Source of the DNA: an uncultured Holophagales bacterium
GTDB lineage: Bacteria > Acidobacteriota > Thermoanaerobaculia > Multivoradales > UBA5704
Direction of reading: 5' to 3'
DNA: 64,000 bases
NCBI GenBank assembly: GCA_963842525.1
Contig: CAWJGT010000024.1
Location: 96,001 to 160,000 of the forward strand
This document shows positions 19,818-30,597 of the stretch, piece after piece. A program made the translations under genes and the position numbers. How positions within the stretch are numbered: position 1 is the first letter of the stretch; each line of letters opens with the position of its first letter. The notes beneath the pieces were generated by a model that searched no databases, was not told the DNA's origin, and worked only from the letters and a program-made list of their open reading frames with translations.

Positions 19818-21647
19818 ATGCCGATCTTCCGAGCCTTCGCTCTTGTGGGAGCCGTTGTCGTCGCCGGCTCCCTCTCAATCCCGTCCGTCGTCCGCGCCGA
19901 CGATGCCTCCGATGTGGCCGCCGCCCGGGCGCTCTTCGAGCGCAATCTCCAGGCGATCCGGGACAAGGACCGGGACGCCTATCTTTCCTGCTATCTGGAG
20001 TCCGAGCGCCTGGTGCGCACGGGACCGGATGGGCCGGCGTTGGGCTACGCGGACCTCGCCGCCACGGCGGGCCAGGGGTGGCCCGACCACATCGAGGCGG
20101 ACGACATGCGGCTCACGCCGGTGCGGCCGGGGCTGGTCTACGGCACCTACCGCTACCGGGTGCGCTATGGCGCGCGGGAGGATGCTGGCCTGTCCGAACG
20201 CCTTTTCGTCGAGACGCCGAAGGGGTGGAAGATCGCGGTCAGCACCGCCTTTTCGGCCTTGCCGGGCGTGCCGCCTCCGCCCCGCGCCCTGGTGGGCGCC
20301 ACGCTGGTCGACGGCACCGGCGCCGCTCCTGTGCCGGACGCCGTGGTGCTCGTACGCGAGGGGAAGATCGAGTGCGCCGGAACGCGCTCAGCCTGCCCGG
20401 TCCCGGCCGGCGTCGCGGTGACCGACCTGCGCGAGGCCTGGATCACCCCGGGGCTGATCGATGCGCACGTCCACTTCTCCCAGACCGGTTGGGCTGACGG
20501 CCGGCCGGATGCGCTGGACGTACGCGAGCGGCATCCTTATGAGGAGGTCGTGGCCGACCTCCGGGCTCACCCGGAGCGCTTCGGCCGGTCCTATCTCTGC
20601 TCGGGCGTGACGGCGGTCTTCGACGTCGGCGGGTACCCCTGGACTCTCAGCCTGCCGGCCTGGGCCGAGCCCCTCTCCGAGGTCCCCCGGGTCGCGGCGG
20701 CGGGCCCCCTCCTCTCGACCCTCGACCACTGGGTCAACCTTCCGGCCGAGAGACAGTTCCTACACATCCCGGACGAGGCGGCGGCCGTCTCCGGTGTGCG
20801 CTACCTGGCCGATCAGGGCTCGGACGCGATCAAGGTCTGGTACATCGTGACGCCGCAACGGAGCGCGGAGGCCGCAGCCCCCGTGGTGCGCGCGGCCGGC
20901 GAGGAGGCGCGCAAGCGCAACCTGCCCCTGATCGTCCACGCGACCGGGCTCGCCGAGGCCAAGGAGGCGCTGCGGGCCGGCGCGAAGCTGCTGGTCCACA
21001 GCGTCGACGATCGTCCGGTCGACGACGAATTCCTCGACCTCGCCAAGCGGAGCGGCGCGGTCTACTGCCCGACCCTGACTGTTGTTCGGGGCTATCTCCG
21101 GATGTACGAGGCGAACCTGCGGAAGCAGGCACCCAGCGTGGACGACCCAAACCGGTGCGTGGACCCGCAGACCCTCCGGAAGGTCGCGGAGACGGCGGAT
21201 GTCCCGCCCGATCCTGAAGTCACCACCGAGAGGCTCGCCGCCATGGGGACGCGCACGGCCGGCCGGGAGCGGGTCGCCGCCGACAACCTGAAGCGGATCG
21301 CCGCGGCCGGCATCCCCATTGCCATGGGTACGGACGCCGGCAACCCCCTGACCCTGCACGGGCCCTCGGTCTATGCCGAGCTCGAAGCCATGCAGGAGGC
21401 CGGGCTCACCCCAGTGCAGGTCCTGGTGTCCGCCACCCGCGGCGGCGCTCAGGCCATGGGGCGGGAGAAGGAGATCGGCACGGTGGAGAAGGGCAAGCAG
21501 GCCGACCTCCTGGTGCTCGGCGCCGACCCCACGGCCAACGCCACGGCCTTCCGGCAGGTCCGCTACGTCCTGCGCGGCGGGGTCCTGCGCTCGCTCGCGG
21601 AGCTGTCGGCGCTGGCCACGGCGCCGGCGGATGCTCCCGGGGAGTGA
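19818..21647 (+). CDS. secreted amidohydrolase with N-terminal NTF2/SnoaL-like domain
   Basis: Signal peptide; PGLIDAHVH, IVHA, LVHS, GTDAG, GTVEKGKQADLLVL. Confidence 0.9.
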   Translation: MPIFRAFALVGAVVVAGSLSIPSVVRADDASDVAAARALFERNLQAIRDKDRDAYLSCYLESERLVRTGPDGPALGYADLAATAGQGWPDHIEADDMRLTPVRPGLVYGTYRYRVRYGAREDAGLSERLFVETPKGWKIAVSTAFSALPGVPPPPRALVGATLVDGTGAAPVPDAVVLVREGKIECAGTRSACPVPAGVAVTDLREAWITPGLIDAHVHFSQTGWADGRPDALDVRERHPYEEVVADLRAHPERFGRSYLCSGVTAVFDVGGYPWTLSLPAWAEPLSEVPRVAAAGPLLSTLDHWVNLPAERQFLHIPDEAAAVSGVRYLADQGSDAIKVWYIVTPQRSAEAAAPVVRAAGEEARKRNLPLIVHATGLAEAKEALRAGAKLLVHSVDDRPVDDEFLDLAKRSGAVYCPTLTVVRGYLRMYEANLRKQAPSVDDPNRCVDPQTLRKVAETADVPPDPEVTTERLAAMGTRTAGRERVAADNLKRIAAAGIPIAMGTDAGNPLTLHGPSVYAELEAMQEAGLTPVQVLVSATRGGAQAMGREKEIGTVEKGKQADLLVLGADPTANATAFRQVRYVLRGGVLRSLAELSALATAPADAPGE

Positions 21648-21717
21648 GGGGAGTGAGAGGAGTGAGATCTTCCGGGTGCTATGATCGTGCCGGTTCCGAC
21701 ACTCGGCGACAACGACC

Positions 21718-22941
21718 ATGCGGGAAGAGACGAATGCTCGGGAAGCTCGCTGGCTTTCGGATGTCCAGATTGGACGATTCAAGGCCGCGTTCAAGCCGGC
21801 GCCCATCCGTCTGAGCCCCTTCAATGTCGTCATCGGCCGCAACGGAAGCGGAAAGAGCACGCTACTGGAAGCTCTGCAGTGGCTCGACACCACGATCCGC
21901 CGGGACGCCCGTGAGGCCAGCGACCGGTATTACGGCATTCCCGATCTGATCAACCTGCGTTCGCAGGCCGAGCTGCCCTACTTCGAGCTGAGCTTGACTT
22001 GGGAGGCTGAAGAGCCGGGAGCCCCTCCGGTGCGCTACCGGGTCAAGGTAGAACAGGAGGACAGCACACCTTTTATCGCGGAAGAAGAGCTCCACACTGT
22101 CGACAAGAGCGGGAGAGTCCGAGAGAGATACCTGACAACTCGGCAGCGCGGCGAGCGCACGCTTCTCGCTGGCGAGCGGCAAGAGAACGGCTGGGGCGAG
22201 ACGTTTCGCGACCCCGACCGGCTGGCCCTCGGCCGTCTCGGCTCGGCCGAGCTCGGCCAATTGGATCCGGCCCTGCGCTTCCTCGAGGGGTTCTGGGCGC
22301 GTGCCGTCTTCCTCCGTCTGAGCCCCAATCGGCTTGCCAACGGCTCGCTGGCGACCCGGAAATCTTTTGAGCCTCTGCTCGACGAAGAGGGGCAGACGCT
22401 GCCCGCTCTGCTCAACGAGCTTTCTCCGGAACAGAGGGATGACCTCGTCGAGGCCATCCAGGAAGTGCTCCCGGGGATTCGCGGCGTGCAGATCCTGCGT
22501 GCGGAGCTCGGGCGGGACGCCCGCGTCAATTACAGCCTCGAGGAGCAGATGCCCTACCGCGGCCGTTCCGGACGGAGCAAGTTCCCAATCCCGGCCTGGA
22601 TGCTGTCCGAGGGAACCCGGCGGATCACCGCAATCCTGGCCCTGCTCGCGCGCGACCCGGCGCCTTCACTCCTCTGCATCGAAGAGATCGAGAACGGTCT
22701 CGATCCCTGGACCGTGCGGGCCATCCTGCGCCACCTGCAATCGGCGGCCGATCGCGGCACGCAGGTGATCCTCACGACCCATTCTCCCTGGGTCCTGGAT
22801 GACGTGCCCATCGATTCGATCCTTCAGGTCCGGCGGATCGAGGGCGACACCCGCTATGAGCACTTCGCCTCCCGGCCCGAGATCCGCGCCTTCGACCCCT
22901 CGGTCCCGGCCGGAACTCGTTATATCCACGCGGAAGAGTGA
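21718..22941 (+). CDS. AAA_21/SMC-like ABC ATPase
   Basis: Walker A IGRNGSGKS, signature LSEGT, Walker B/D-loop CIEEIENGLDP, H-loop LTTHSP. Confidence 0.9.
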   Translation: MREETNAREARWLSDVQIGRFKAAFKPAPIRLSPFNVVIGRNGSGKSTLLEALQWLDTTIRRDAREASDRYYGIPDLINLRSQAELPYFELSLTWEAEEPGAPPVRYRVKVEQEDSTPFIAEEELHTVDKSGRVRERYLTTRQRGERTLLAGERQENGWGETFRDPDRLALGRLGSAELGQLDPALRFLEGFWARAVFLRLSPNRLANGSLATRKSFEPLLDEEGQTLPALLNELSPEQRDDLVEAIQEVLPGIRGVQILRAELGRDARVNYSLEEQMPYRGRSGRSKFPIPAWMLSEGTRRITAILALLARDPAPSLLCIEEIENGLDPWTVRAILRHLQSAADRGTQVILTTHSPWVLDDVPIDSILQVRRIEGDTRYEHFASRPEIRAFDPSVPAGTRYIHAEE

Positions 22942-23777
22942 TGCCCGGCCTGCGCGTCGCTCTCTTCGTCGAGGGCAGCACGGCTCCTCCGACTGCGCGC
23001 GGGAGAGAGGCCCTCGAGCAGATCTGGAACCAACATCTCGGCCGGGCTTTGGGCCTCCAGCCGTTCGCCCCCATCGTCCCCATCGGCAAGACACACCTCG
23101 TTGCCATGGATCCGCGACGCCCGCCGATGAGCGGGGCCGGTGAGCGGCTCGATCAGCTCATGGCCCGCGTTTTGACCACACGGCCGTTCGATGCGGCCGT
23201 GGTCGCCTGGGATCTCGTCCCGGCATGGAATCCCCAGGGTGAGTTCTGCCGGTGGAACGAGACGGTGGATCTGTACCGCTTTCTGGCGGAGTCCGACTGC
23301 CTGCCGGCCGCCTGGAAGGAAAAGGCCCGCCGGAGGTTCGAAGATCTGTCCCGGAGGCACTCTCCAGCGTCCCGGAGCGGGCCGCCGGCCCTGGAGCCCG
23401 GCATGGTGCTGCCACTCTGCATGGAGCCGATGTTCGAAACCCTGCTGGTCCAGGATGAAGCTGCCGCCAGGAGAGCCCTGGGGGTGAGCGGCCGGGCGAT
23501 CCACGGCTGGCCCCGCCAGGGTTGGGGCGATCCTCAGGAACGCCATCCGGACGACCGTGTGCTCGCGCCGGCCATCCGGTCCCTCCAACGGCTCCGCCCG
23601 AGACCCAGGATCTTGGGCACGGTACGCGGAGACATGCGCACCAACAAGGACGGCTGGGGCGAATACCTCTTACGGCAGATGCTCGGGGACGAGCGCGCCC
23701 GCCCGCTCATTCTCTCCCATGCTCTGAGCCGGAGGCTGTCCGAAGCACGATCGAGGGCTGGATCGCAGGCTAATTGA
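22941..23777 (+). CDS. TOPRIM-like (DUF4276-like) partner of the ATPase
   Basis: Translationally coupled; N-terminal VALFVEG, later VVAWD and MEPMFETLL. Confidence 0.55.
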   Translation: MPGLRVALFVEGSTAPPTARGREALEQIWNQHLGRALGLQPFAPIVPIGKTHLVAMDPRRPPMSGAGERLDQLMARVLTTRPFDAAVVAWDLVPAWNPQGEFCRWNETVDLYRFLAESDCLPAAWKEKARRRFEDLSRRHSPASRSGPPALEPGMVLPLCMEPMFETLLVQDEAAARRALGVSGRAIHGWPRQGWGDPQERHPDDRVLAPAIRSLQRLRPRPRILGTVRGDMRTNKDGWGEYLLRQMLGDERARPLILSHALSRRLSEARSRAGSQAN

Positions 23778-24552
23778 CCCACGGTCCCTTGCGCCGGTCC
23801 TTGTCGCCGGGGATGACCCGCAGGTTCCGCTTGCGCTTCGCGCGGTCGAGCTTGCGGGCGATCCACCAGCGCTGGAGCCGCAGCCGCACCTCCCGCAGGC
23901 CGCGCCGGCCGGCGCCGTAGGCGATGTAGGCGTAGGTGATGCCCACCGCGGCACAGATCCCCAGGAACCCCGCGAGGTCGTGGGTCTGGAGGAAGCCGAT
24001 AAAGGCGAAGAGGATCTCGATCGCCAGGAACCAGCGGGCTTCGATCGGCAGGATGAAGAAGAGGAGGATCGTCGCCCGTCGGTTGGCGGTCGCGAACGCG
24101 GCCACGACGATCGCCGTCAGGATCCGCTGGCCCTGCATGAGGCCGAAGGGGGCTGGGCCGACAAGCCCGCCCGCCAGGGTGGCCAGGACGTTCACCACCA
24201 CGGCGACCAGGGCCGCCGCGATCGCGGCCGTCATGGTCAGCCGCCAGAAGTGCCGCCGCCCCATCCCCGCGTAGACGTCCCGTCCGAACCAGAAGAGGAT
24301 CAGGAGCTCCAGCAGGAACCAGATGCTGGGGCCGCCATAGCCGATGAATGGATAGGTGGCGAGCTGCCAGATGAACCCCCGCTGCCAGACCAGCGGGGTC
24401 AGGCGGAGCAGGGCGGGGACGATCGACGTCGTTTCGAAGAACTGGAGCGAGAAGGTGGCGAACACCACCCCGAGGAGGATCAGGAGGTCCCGGGGGACCG
24501 GGCCCCCGCCGAATCCGCCGAGGGTGGCGCGCTGGGTCTGGCGGGTGTACAT
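23770..24552 (-). CDS. rhomboid-like (DUF1751-like) membrane protein
   Basis: LTPLVWQRGFIWQLATYPF, LFWFGRDV, ILLFFILPIEARW; basic C-terminal tail. Confidence 0.75.
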   Translation of the reverse strand: MYTRQTQRATLGGFGGGPVPRDLLILLGVVFATFSLQFFETTSIVPALLRLTPLVWQRGFIWQLATYPFIGYGGPSIWFLLELLILFWFGRDVYAGMGRRHFWRLTMTAAIAAALVAVVVNVLATLAGGLVGPAPFGLMQGQRILTAIVVAAFATANRRATILLFFILPIEARWFLAIEILFAFIGFLQTHDLAGFLGICAAVGITYAYIAYGAGRRGLREVRLRLQRWWIARKLDRAKRKRNLRVIPGDKDRRKGPWVN

Positions 24553-24581
24553 GAGGACAGTCTACAAGGTCGCCGTCCCCA

Positions 24582-25866
24582 TCACGCGTAGCGCATCCAC
24601 TTCCAGATCTCCTGGATCGTCGGCTTCTTGCCATACATGAGGATGCCGATCCGGTAGACGCGCGCGCAGGCCCACACCATCATCCAGGTGAAACCGATCG
24701 TCAGCGCGTAGCCGAGCAGAAGCTGCCACAGCGGCGGCATGTCCAGGGCGATCCGCAGCGACATCAGCAGCGGCGTGAAGAGCGGGATCAGGGACAAGGT
24801 CACGGCCAGGGTGGAGTTGGGATCGTTGATGAACTGGTTGATGAAGAAGAACGGAATGACCACGATCATGACCGCGACCCCCGCCACCTGCTGCGCCTCC
24901 TGGATGTTGTTGAAGGCGGCGCCGATCGCCGCGTAGATCGTCGAGAAGGAGAAGAAGCCGAGGATGAACAGGAGCACGAAGTGGACCAGGATCACGGGCG
25001 AGATCGAGGGGATGCCGCCCTTGGGGAGGAACGCCAGCGAGCCGGCGATCCCCGGGGCGGAGATCAAGAACATGGTGGTGAGCCAGATCGTGAGCTGGGT
25101 GAGCCCCACCAGGCAGATGCCGGAGAGCTTTCCCAGCATCAGCTCGAACGGCTTGATCGACGAGACCACGATCTCGACGACCCGCGAGCTCTTTTCCTCC
25201 AGGACCCCGTGCATCACCTGCTGGCCCCAGATGACGATCGACATGTAGAGCATCAGGAACAGGCCGAAGGCGATGAGCATCCCCATCAGCCCTCCCTCGG
25301 CGCGGCTCCCCTCCTTGGAGACCTTGACCGTCTCGAGCTCGACCTGCTCGCTCAGCTTGCCGACCCGCTCGGGGTCGAGGCCCGCCTGCTGGAGGCGGGT
25401 CCGGCGCACCAGCGAAGTGATGTCGTCCCGCAGGTTCTCCTGGGTGACGAAGTTCGAACACGCTGCGGGCGTGGTACTCGACCGGCTCGCCGGTGAGCGT
25501 GCCTTTGGGGATCCAGACCCAGGCATCGATGACACCATTGAGCACCTGCTTATCGAGGGCGGCCCTCTGCGCCTTCCGGTCGGCGTGCGCCGCCTCGGCC
25601 CGGATCCGGAAGTTGGCGACCTTGTCGAAATCGCCTTTTTTGACGCGCTTGACCCGTCCGGCCGCGAGGTCCGGGGCCACCTGCCCCGTTTCGTCGACCA
25701 CGATGATGTCCTGGGAGGTCCGCGACTTGGCGAGGAGCAGGGTCGGCAGGATGATCGAGCCCGAGATGAAGAGCGGCAGGACCAGCGTGCCGATCCAGAA
25801 CCCCTTGCTCTTGATGCGTTGCAGGTACTCGCGCTTGGCCACGACGACGACGTTTTCAGGCCGCAT
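24582..25866 (-). CDS. ABC-2 type permease (NatB/YhaP-like), frameshift near 25455
   Basis: VAKREYLQRIKSKGF; VLEEKSSRVVEIVVSSIKPFELMLGK; VYRIGILMYGKKP. Confidence 0.9.
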
Positions 25867-26758
25867 CCCGCACCGCCTTCAGGAAGATCTGCTCGAGCTC
25901 CGGCTCTTCGGAGCGGAATTCGTGGACGCGCAGGAACTGGACCATCTCCCGCAGGACGTCGGAGCCTTGGGCCTCGGGCTGCAGGAGGATCTTCACCACG
26001 CCGTTCTGGGCCACCACCTGCTCCACGCCGGGGACCTGATGGAGCCGGTCGACGTCCCCGTCGGCGACGAGGCGGTAGCTGTTACCGCCGAGCCGGCGCT
26101 TGATCTCGCGCAGCTCGCCGTCGATCAAGGTCTTGCCGTGGGAGATCAGGCAGATGTGGTCGCACATCCGCTCGGCGAGCTCCATGCCGTGGGTGGAGAG
26201 GACGACGCTCTTGCCCTGGGCGCGGTATTCGCCGAGCAGCTCGCGGAACAGCTCCTGGTTGAGCGGATCGAGGCCGGAGAAAGGCTCGTCGAGGATCAGC
26301 AGGTCCGGCTTGTGGAGGATCGTGCCGATGAGCTGGATCTTCTGCTGCATGCCCTTGGACAGCTCCTCGACCTTGGCCTTGGACCACCGGGCGAGGTCGA
26401 CCCTTTCGAGCCAGCCGTGGATCTCGGGGAGGATCTCGCGGCGCTTGAGGCCGCGGATCTCGGCCAGGAAGACGAGCTGGTCGAGAACCGTCATCTTGCG
26501 ATAGAGGCCGCGCTCCTCGGGCAGGTAGCCGACGCGGCGCAGGTCCTCGGGCCGGCGCTCGTAGCCGAACAGGAAGACCTGCCCGGCGTCGGGAGCGAGG
26601 ATATCCATGATCATGCGGATGGTCGTGGTCTTGCCGGAGCCGTTCGGGCCGAGGAGCCCGAAGATGCTCCCCGGCGGCACGGTCATCGAGACCCCGTCCA
26701 CCGCCACGAATTTGCCGTAGCTCTTGCGCACGTCGCGCAACTCGAGATTGGGTGTCAT
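25856..26758 (-). CDS. ABC transporter ATP-binding protein (NatA/YhaQ-like)
   Basis: GPNGSGKTT, GYLPEERGLY, LSKGMQQK, LILDEPFSGLDP. Confidence 0.95.
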   Translation of the reverse strand: MTPNLELRDVRKSYGKFVAVDGVSMTVPPGSIFGLLGPNGSGKTTTIRMIMDILAPDAGQVFLFGYERRPEDLRRVGYLPEERGLYRKMTVLDQLVFLAEIRGLKRREILPEIHGWLERVDLARWSKAKVEELSKGMQQKIQLIGTILHKPDLLILDEPFSGLDPLNQELFRELLGEYRAQGKSVVLSTHGMELAERMCDHICLISHGKTLIDGELREIKRRLGGNSYRLVADGDVDRLHQVPGVEQVVAQNGVVKILLQPEAQGSDVLREMVQFLRVHEFRSEEPELEQIFLKAVRDAA

Positions 26759-26870
26759 GAGGTGCATCCTATCCCGCCGGGAGATTCCGGGGGGTCCGTC
26801 CTGATGTACGGAGGGAGTTTGCCGCGACCGGGTTGGCGGCCGGCCGCGGCGGGTTGGGAAGAGAGTCGCC

Positions 26871-29800
26871 TTACCGGACTTCCTGGATCTCCAGCGGCTG
26901 GTAGACCGGCAGGAGCTGGATGTCCTGTTGCTGGACTTTGGCGCGGAAGGCGGCCACGTCCTCGGCGAAGAGGCGATTCAGGTCGGCCACCGCTTGCCGG
27001 GTATCCTTCTCGGCCCGCTCGAGGTAGGCGAGCTGGGCCGGGGTCGGCGTATCCCAGGACGAGCCGAGGGCGCGGGCGGCGTAGGTCACCTTGGACTCGG
27101 CGTCGGTCTCCGCCACGATGCCCTTGGTGTCGTCCGGCTGCCAGAGCCGCCGCTCGGCCTTGTCGAGCTTCTGGAGGAGCTGGCGGGCCGCGGTGAGGAC
27201 CTCCTTGCGGGCCGGGTCCTCCTGTCCGCCGGTGCGCTTCGCCTCCTCGTCCCGCTTGCGGAGCTGGGCGGTGATGGCGTTCACGTCCGACCGCGTCCGC
27301 TGGATGCGCTCGACCGAGTCGGCCAGGGCTTCGGAGAGCTTGGCGGCGCGCTGGAGCGCCTGGAAGTTGGCCTGCCGCCCCGGGATTTCCCGCGCATAGC
27401 GGGAGTCGGCGTCGACCTTGACCTTGCCCTCGGCCTTGTGGTCGCCGAAGGTCAGCCGCACGGTGTAGGTGCCGGGCAGGACCTCGGCGCCGCGTCCGCG
27501 CCGGAACGGGTTCTCCTCCTGGTCGCCGGCGCGCTGGATCCGCCGCGGCGCATCCCGCCGCAGGTCCCAGACCGCCCGGTTGAGGCCGAGCTTGGGCGTG
27601 TGCTCGAAGGTGCGGATCACCTGGCCCGCGTCGTCCAGGATCTCGATCTTGACCTTCGGGCCTCCCCCTCGGCCACCGCGACCGCCCCGGCCCTCTTCTT
27701 CCTCGGCGGGCTCGGCGGCCTTGAGCTCGGGGGTGTCCTGGGCCAGCGGCTTGCCCCCCTGGGCGGACGCGGCCTGCGGCGCTCCGGCGGTTGGGGCCTG
27801 GCCCCGCGTGCTTCCGGCCTTTTCGGCCCGCTCCGCCTCCTTGCGCTCCCGCTCCCTCACATCGTCCGGATGCGGCACGCCCGGGGCCTTGATCGAGTAG
27901 TGGAGGAAGGCGCCGTAGGGGCGGGTCTCACCGCGGAACTCGGTGTCGCCGGGGAAGCGCGCGCCGGCGCCCTGCCCCTGCCGGTACTGCCGGGCTTCGG
28001 AGATGTCGAACAGATGGAGTGGCTTCTTCTGGACCTCCTCGGTCAGGGTGCGCAGCGGCCGGATGTCGTCCAGCACGTAGAAGGCCCGGCCGTGAGTCGC
28101 CAGCACCAGGTCGTGGTCCCGAGGATGGATCACCATGTCCATCACCGAGACCGTGGGCACGCCGTGCGTCCACTTCATCCAGCTCTTGCCGCCGTCGAGC
28201 GACACCCAGAGGCCGAACTCGGTGCCCAGGAAGAGGAGGTCGCGGTCGACCGGGTCCTGGGCGATGGACAAGGCATAGCCTCGGAGGTCTCCCCGGCGGT
28301 CATCGGCAAGGCTCGTCCAACTCGCGCCGTAGTCGGTGGTCTTGTAGACGTAGGGCGTCCAGTCCGAGCGCCGGTGGTTGTCGAAGACCACGAAGGCGGT
28401 GCCGGCGTCGTGCGGCGAGGGCGTGACGTGCGGGATCCAGGTATTGGCCGGCACGCCGCGCACGTTTTTCTCGACGCTCGTCCAGGTCTTGCCGCCATCG
28501 CGGGTGACGTGCAGGCGGCCGTCGTCGGTGCCTACCCAGAGTACCCCCTGCTGCATCGGGCTCGGCGCAATCGCAATGATGGTCGTGAAGTTCTCGGCGC
28601 CGGAGACGTCCGGCGTCAGGCCGCCGCTCTCCGCCTGCTTCTGCCACTCCGGGTTGTCGCTCGTGAGGTCCGGGCTGAGGACCGTCCAGGTGTCGCCGCG
28701 GTCGGTCGACTTGTGGAGGTATTGGCTGCCGAAGTAGATCGTGTCGGGCGCGAACGGATCGATGGCGAAGCCCGCGTTCCAGTTGAAGCGGAGGTCCCCC
28801 TCGCCCTCGGGCGGAGCGGGCCGGATGTCCTTGCGCTCGCCGGTGCGCAGGTCCCAGCGCAGGAGGAAACCCTCCTGGCTCATGGCATATCCCTTCATCG
28901 GGTCGCGCGGGTCGGGCGCGGTGTCGAAGCCGTCGCCGAAGCCCACCTCGTTCCAGTCGGCGTTGCGGATGGCGTTGCCGTCCCAGACGTTGCTGGGGCC
29001 TTTCCAGGAGCCGTTGTCCTGCATGCCGCCGTAGACGTTGTACGGCGTCTCGTTGTCCACGCGCACGTGGTAGAACTGGCCCACCGGCAGGTTGCCCACG
29101 AAGAGCCAGGTTTTTCCCCGGTCGAGGCTGATGGACACGCCGCCGTCGTTGCCCTCGAGGATGCGGTCCGGGTCTTTTGGATCGATCCACATGGCGTGAT
29201 GGTCGGGGTGGACCCTGTTGAAGCCGCCGAGCGAGTCGAAGGTCTTGCCGGCGTCCGTCGAGACGTCCAGGGTGGAGCCCAGACGGTAGATCCGGTTGGG
29301 GTCCGCGGGGTCGACCCTCAGGTCGGCGTAGTAGAACGGGCGGGGGTTGACGTCGGCCTCGGTGTTGACCGACTTCCAGGTGCGCCCGCCGTCGTCGGAG
29401 CGGCCGAGAGCGCTCTTCTCCGCCTCCACCAGGGCGTAGACGATGCGCGAATCGGACGGGGCGAAGGCGACGCCGATGCGGCCCAGGATGCCCTTGGGCA
29501 GGCCGTCGTCCTCGGTCTGCCGCGTCCAGGAGTCGCCGCCGTCATAGCTGACGTGAAGGCCCGAGCCCGGGCCGCCGGAACGGAAGGACCAGGGCCAGCG
29601 CCGGTAGTCCCACATCGCCGCGAAGAGCTTGTTGGGGTTGGCGGGATCGAGAACCAGGTCGGCGGCGCCGGTGCGCTCGTCGACGTAGAGGACGCGCTTC
29701 CAGGTCTTGCCGCCGTCGTCGGTCTTGTAGACGCCGCGCTCGGGGTTCTCCCCCCAGGCCCGGCCCATCGCCGCGGCCCAGGCCACCTGCGGGTTCGACG

Positions 29801-30254
29801 GATGGACGACGATGCGGTGGATGCGCTCGGTCTTCTCGAGGCCGAGATGCTTCCAGGTCTTGCCGCCGTCGAGCGACTTGTAGACGCCGTTGCCCACCGA
29901 GACGCTGTTGCGCGGGTTCCCCTCGCCGGTCCCCACCCAGACCACGTCGGGATTGGAAGGGTCGAGCGCCACGGCGCCGATCGCCGCAACCGGCTGATCG
30001 TCGAAGATTGGCGTCCAGGTCAGGCCGCCGTTGACCGACTTCCAGACGCCGCCGGTCGCAGCGCCGACGTAGATCAGGTCGGGGTTGATGGTCGACGACT
30101 CGATCGCCGCGATACGGCCGCTCATGGCCGCAGGGCCGATCGAGCGCGCCTTCATCCCCGCCAGCAGGGACGGATCGACCGCCGCGGCGAGCGGCCCTGC
30201 CGCGAGGGCCAGCGCGACGACAGTTGCAGCAAGGAGACGGGTTGTGCTTCTCAT
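26871..30254 (-). CDS. secreted VPS10/BNR (Asp-box) beta-propeller protein
   Basis: RSIGPAAMSGRI start; many SxDGGxTW Asp-boxes; HPDHHAMWIDP; GGMQDNGSW. Confidence 0.9.
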   Translation of the reverse strand: MRSTTRLLAATVVALALAAGPLAAAVDPSLLAGMKARSIGPAAMSGRIAAIESSTINPDLIYVGAATGGVWKSVNGGLTWTPIFDDQPVAAIGAVALDPSNPDVVWVGTGEGNPRNSVSVGNGVYKSLDGGKTWKHLGLEKTERIHRIVVHPSNPQVAWAAAMGRAWGENPERGVYKTDDGGKTWKRVLYVDERTGAADLVLDPANPNKLFAAMWDYRRWPWSFRSGGPGSGLHVSYDGGDSWTRQTEDDGLPKGILGRIGVAFAPSDSRIVYALVEAEKSALGRSDDGGRTWKSVNTEADVNPRPFYYADLRVDPADPNRIYRLGSTLDVSTDAGKTFDSLGGFNRVHPDHHAMWIDPKDPDRILEGNDGGVSISLDRGKTWLFVGNLPVGQFYHVRVDNETPYNVYGGMQDNGSWKGPSNVWDGNAIRNADWNEVGFGDGFDTAPDPRDPMKGYAMSQEGFLLRWDLRTGERKDIRPAPPEGEGDLRFNWNAGFAIDPFAPDTIYFGSQYLHKSTDRGDTWTVLSPDLTSDNPEWQKQAESGGLTPDVSGAENFTTIIAIAPSPMQQGVLWVGTDDGRLHVTRDGGKTWTSVEKNVRGVPANTWIPHVTPSPHDAGTAFVVFDNHRRSDWTPYVYKTTDYGASWTSLADDRRGDLRGYALSIAQDPVDRDLLFLGTEFGLWVSLDGGKSWMKWTHGVPTVSVMDMVIHPRDHDLVLATHGRAFYVLDDIRPLRTLTEEVQKKPLHLFDISEARQYRQGQGAGARFPGDTEFRGETRPYGAFLHYSIKAPGVPHPDDVRERERKEAERAEKAGSTRGQAPTAGAPQAASAQGGKPLAQDTPELKAAEPAEEEEGRGGRGGRGGGPKVKIEILDDAGQVIRTFEHTPKLGLNRAVWDLRRDAPRRIQRAGDQEENPFRRGRGAEVLPGTYTVRLTFGDHKAEGKVKVDADSRYAREIPGRQANFQALQRAAKLSEALADSVERIQRTRSDVNAITAQLRKRDEEAKRTGGQEDPARKEVLTAARQLLQKLDKAERRLWQPDDTKGIVAETDAESKVTYAARALGSSWDTPTPAQLAYLERAEKDTRQAVADLNRLFAEDVAAFRAKVQQQDIQLLPVYQPLEIQEVR

Positions 30255-30409
30255 TTCCACCTCCATAATGGAATAAGGACAAGGGGGCCACCAGAGGCCC
30301 GGTGAAGCCTAACATCCTCACCGTCTGGCGCCAGGGGGGCGTCCCGCTCGTCCACACAGACCGAACCGGCGGCGACCTAGCGCTGGGGCGCAGCAGCTTG
30401 AGACGTCAG

Positions 30410-30592
30410 TCAGGAAGCCTTCTTCTTGTGGGTAGCTATGGGCCGAGGCGGCAGTGTAACCGCCTTCCACCCGCCCTTCGCCTGCCGTTTGCGAGCCGCC
30501 TCTGCAATCTTCTCGGCGTCGTACCCGGACTCTTTGGCGAGTGCTTCGCGAATCGCGTGAATCTCTTCGATGAGGGGATCGGTCGGTGGCAT
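30410..30592 (-). CDS. small putative antitoxin
   Basis: 60 aa, DPLIEEIHAIRE; directly downstream of the PIN gene. Confidence 0.65.
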   Translation of the reverse strand: MPPTDPLIEEIHAIREALAKESGYDAEKIAEAARKRQAKGGWKAVTLPPRPIATHKKKAS

Positions 30593-30597
30593 GCCAG

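Noticed and set aside
26928-30305. 1125-aa plus-strand ORF and similar long antisense ORFs (5556-7877, 40228-42741, 57827-59671, 60476-62548)
   Set aside because: Shadow ORFs of real genes, expected in high-GC DNA.
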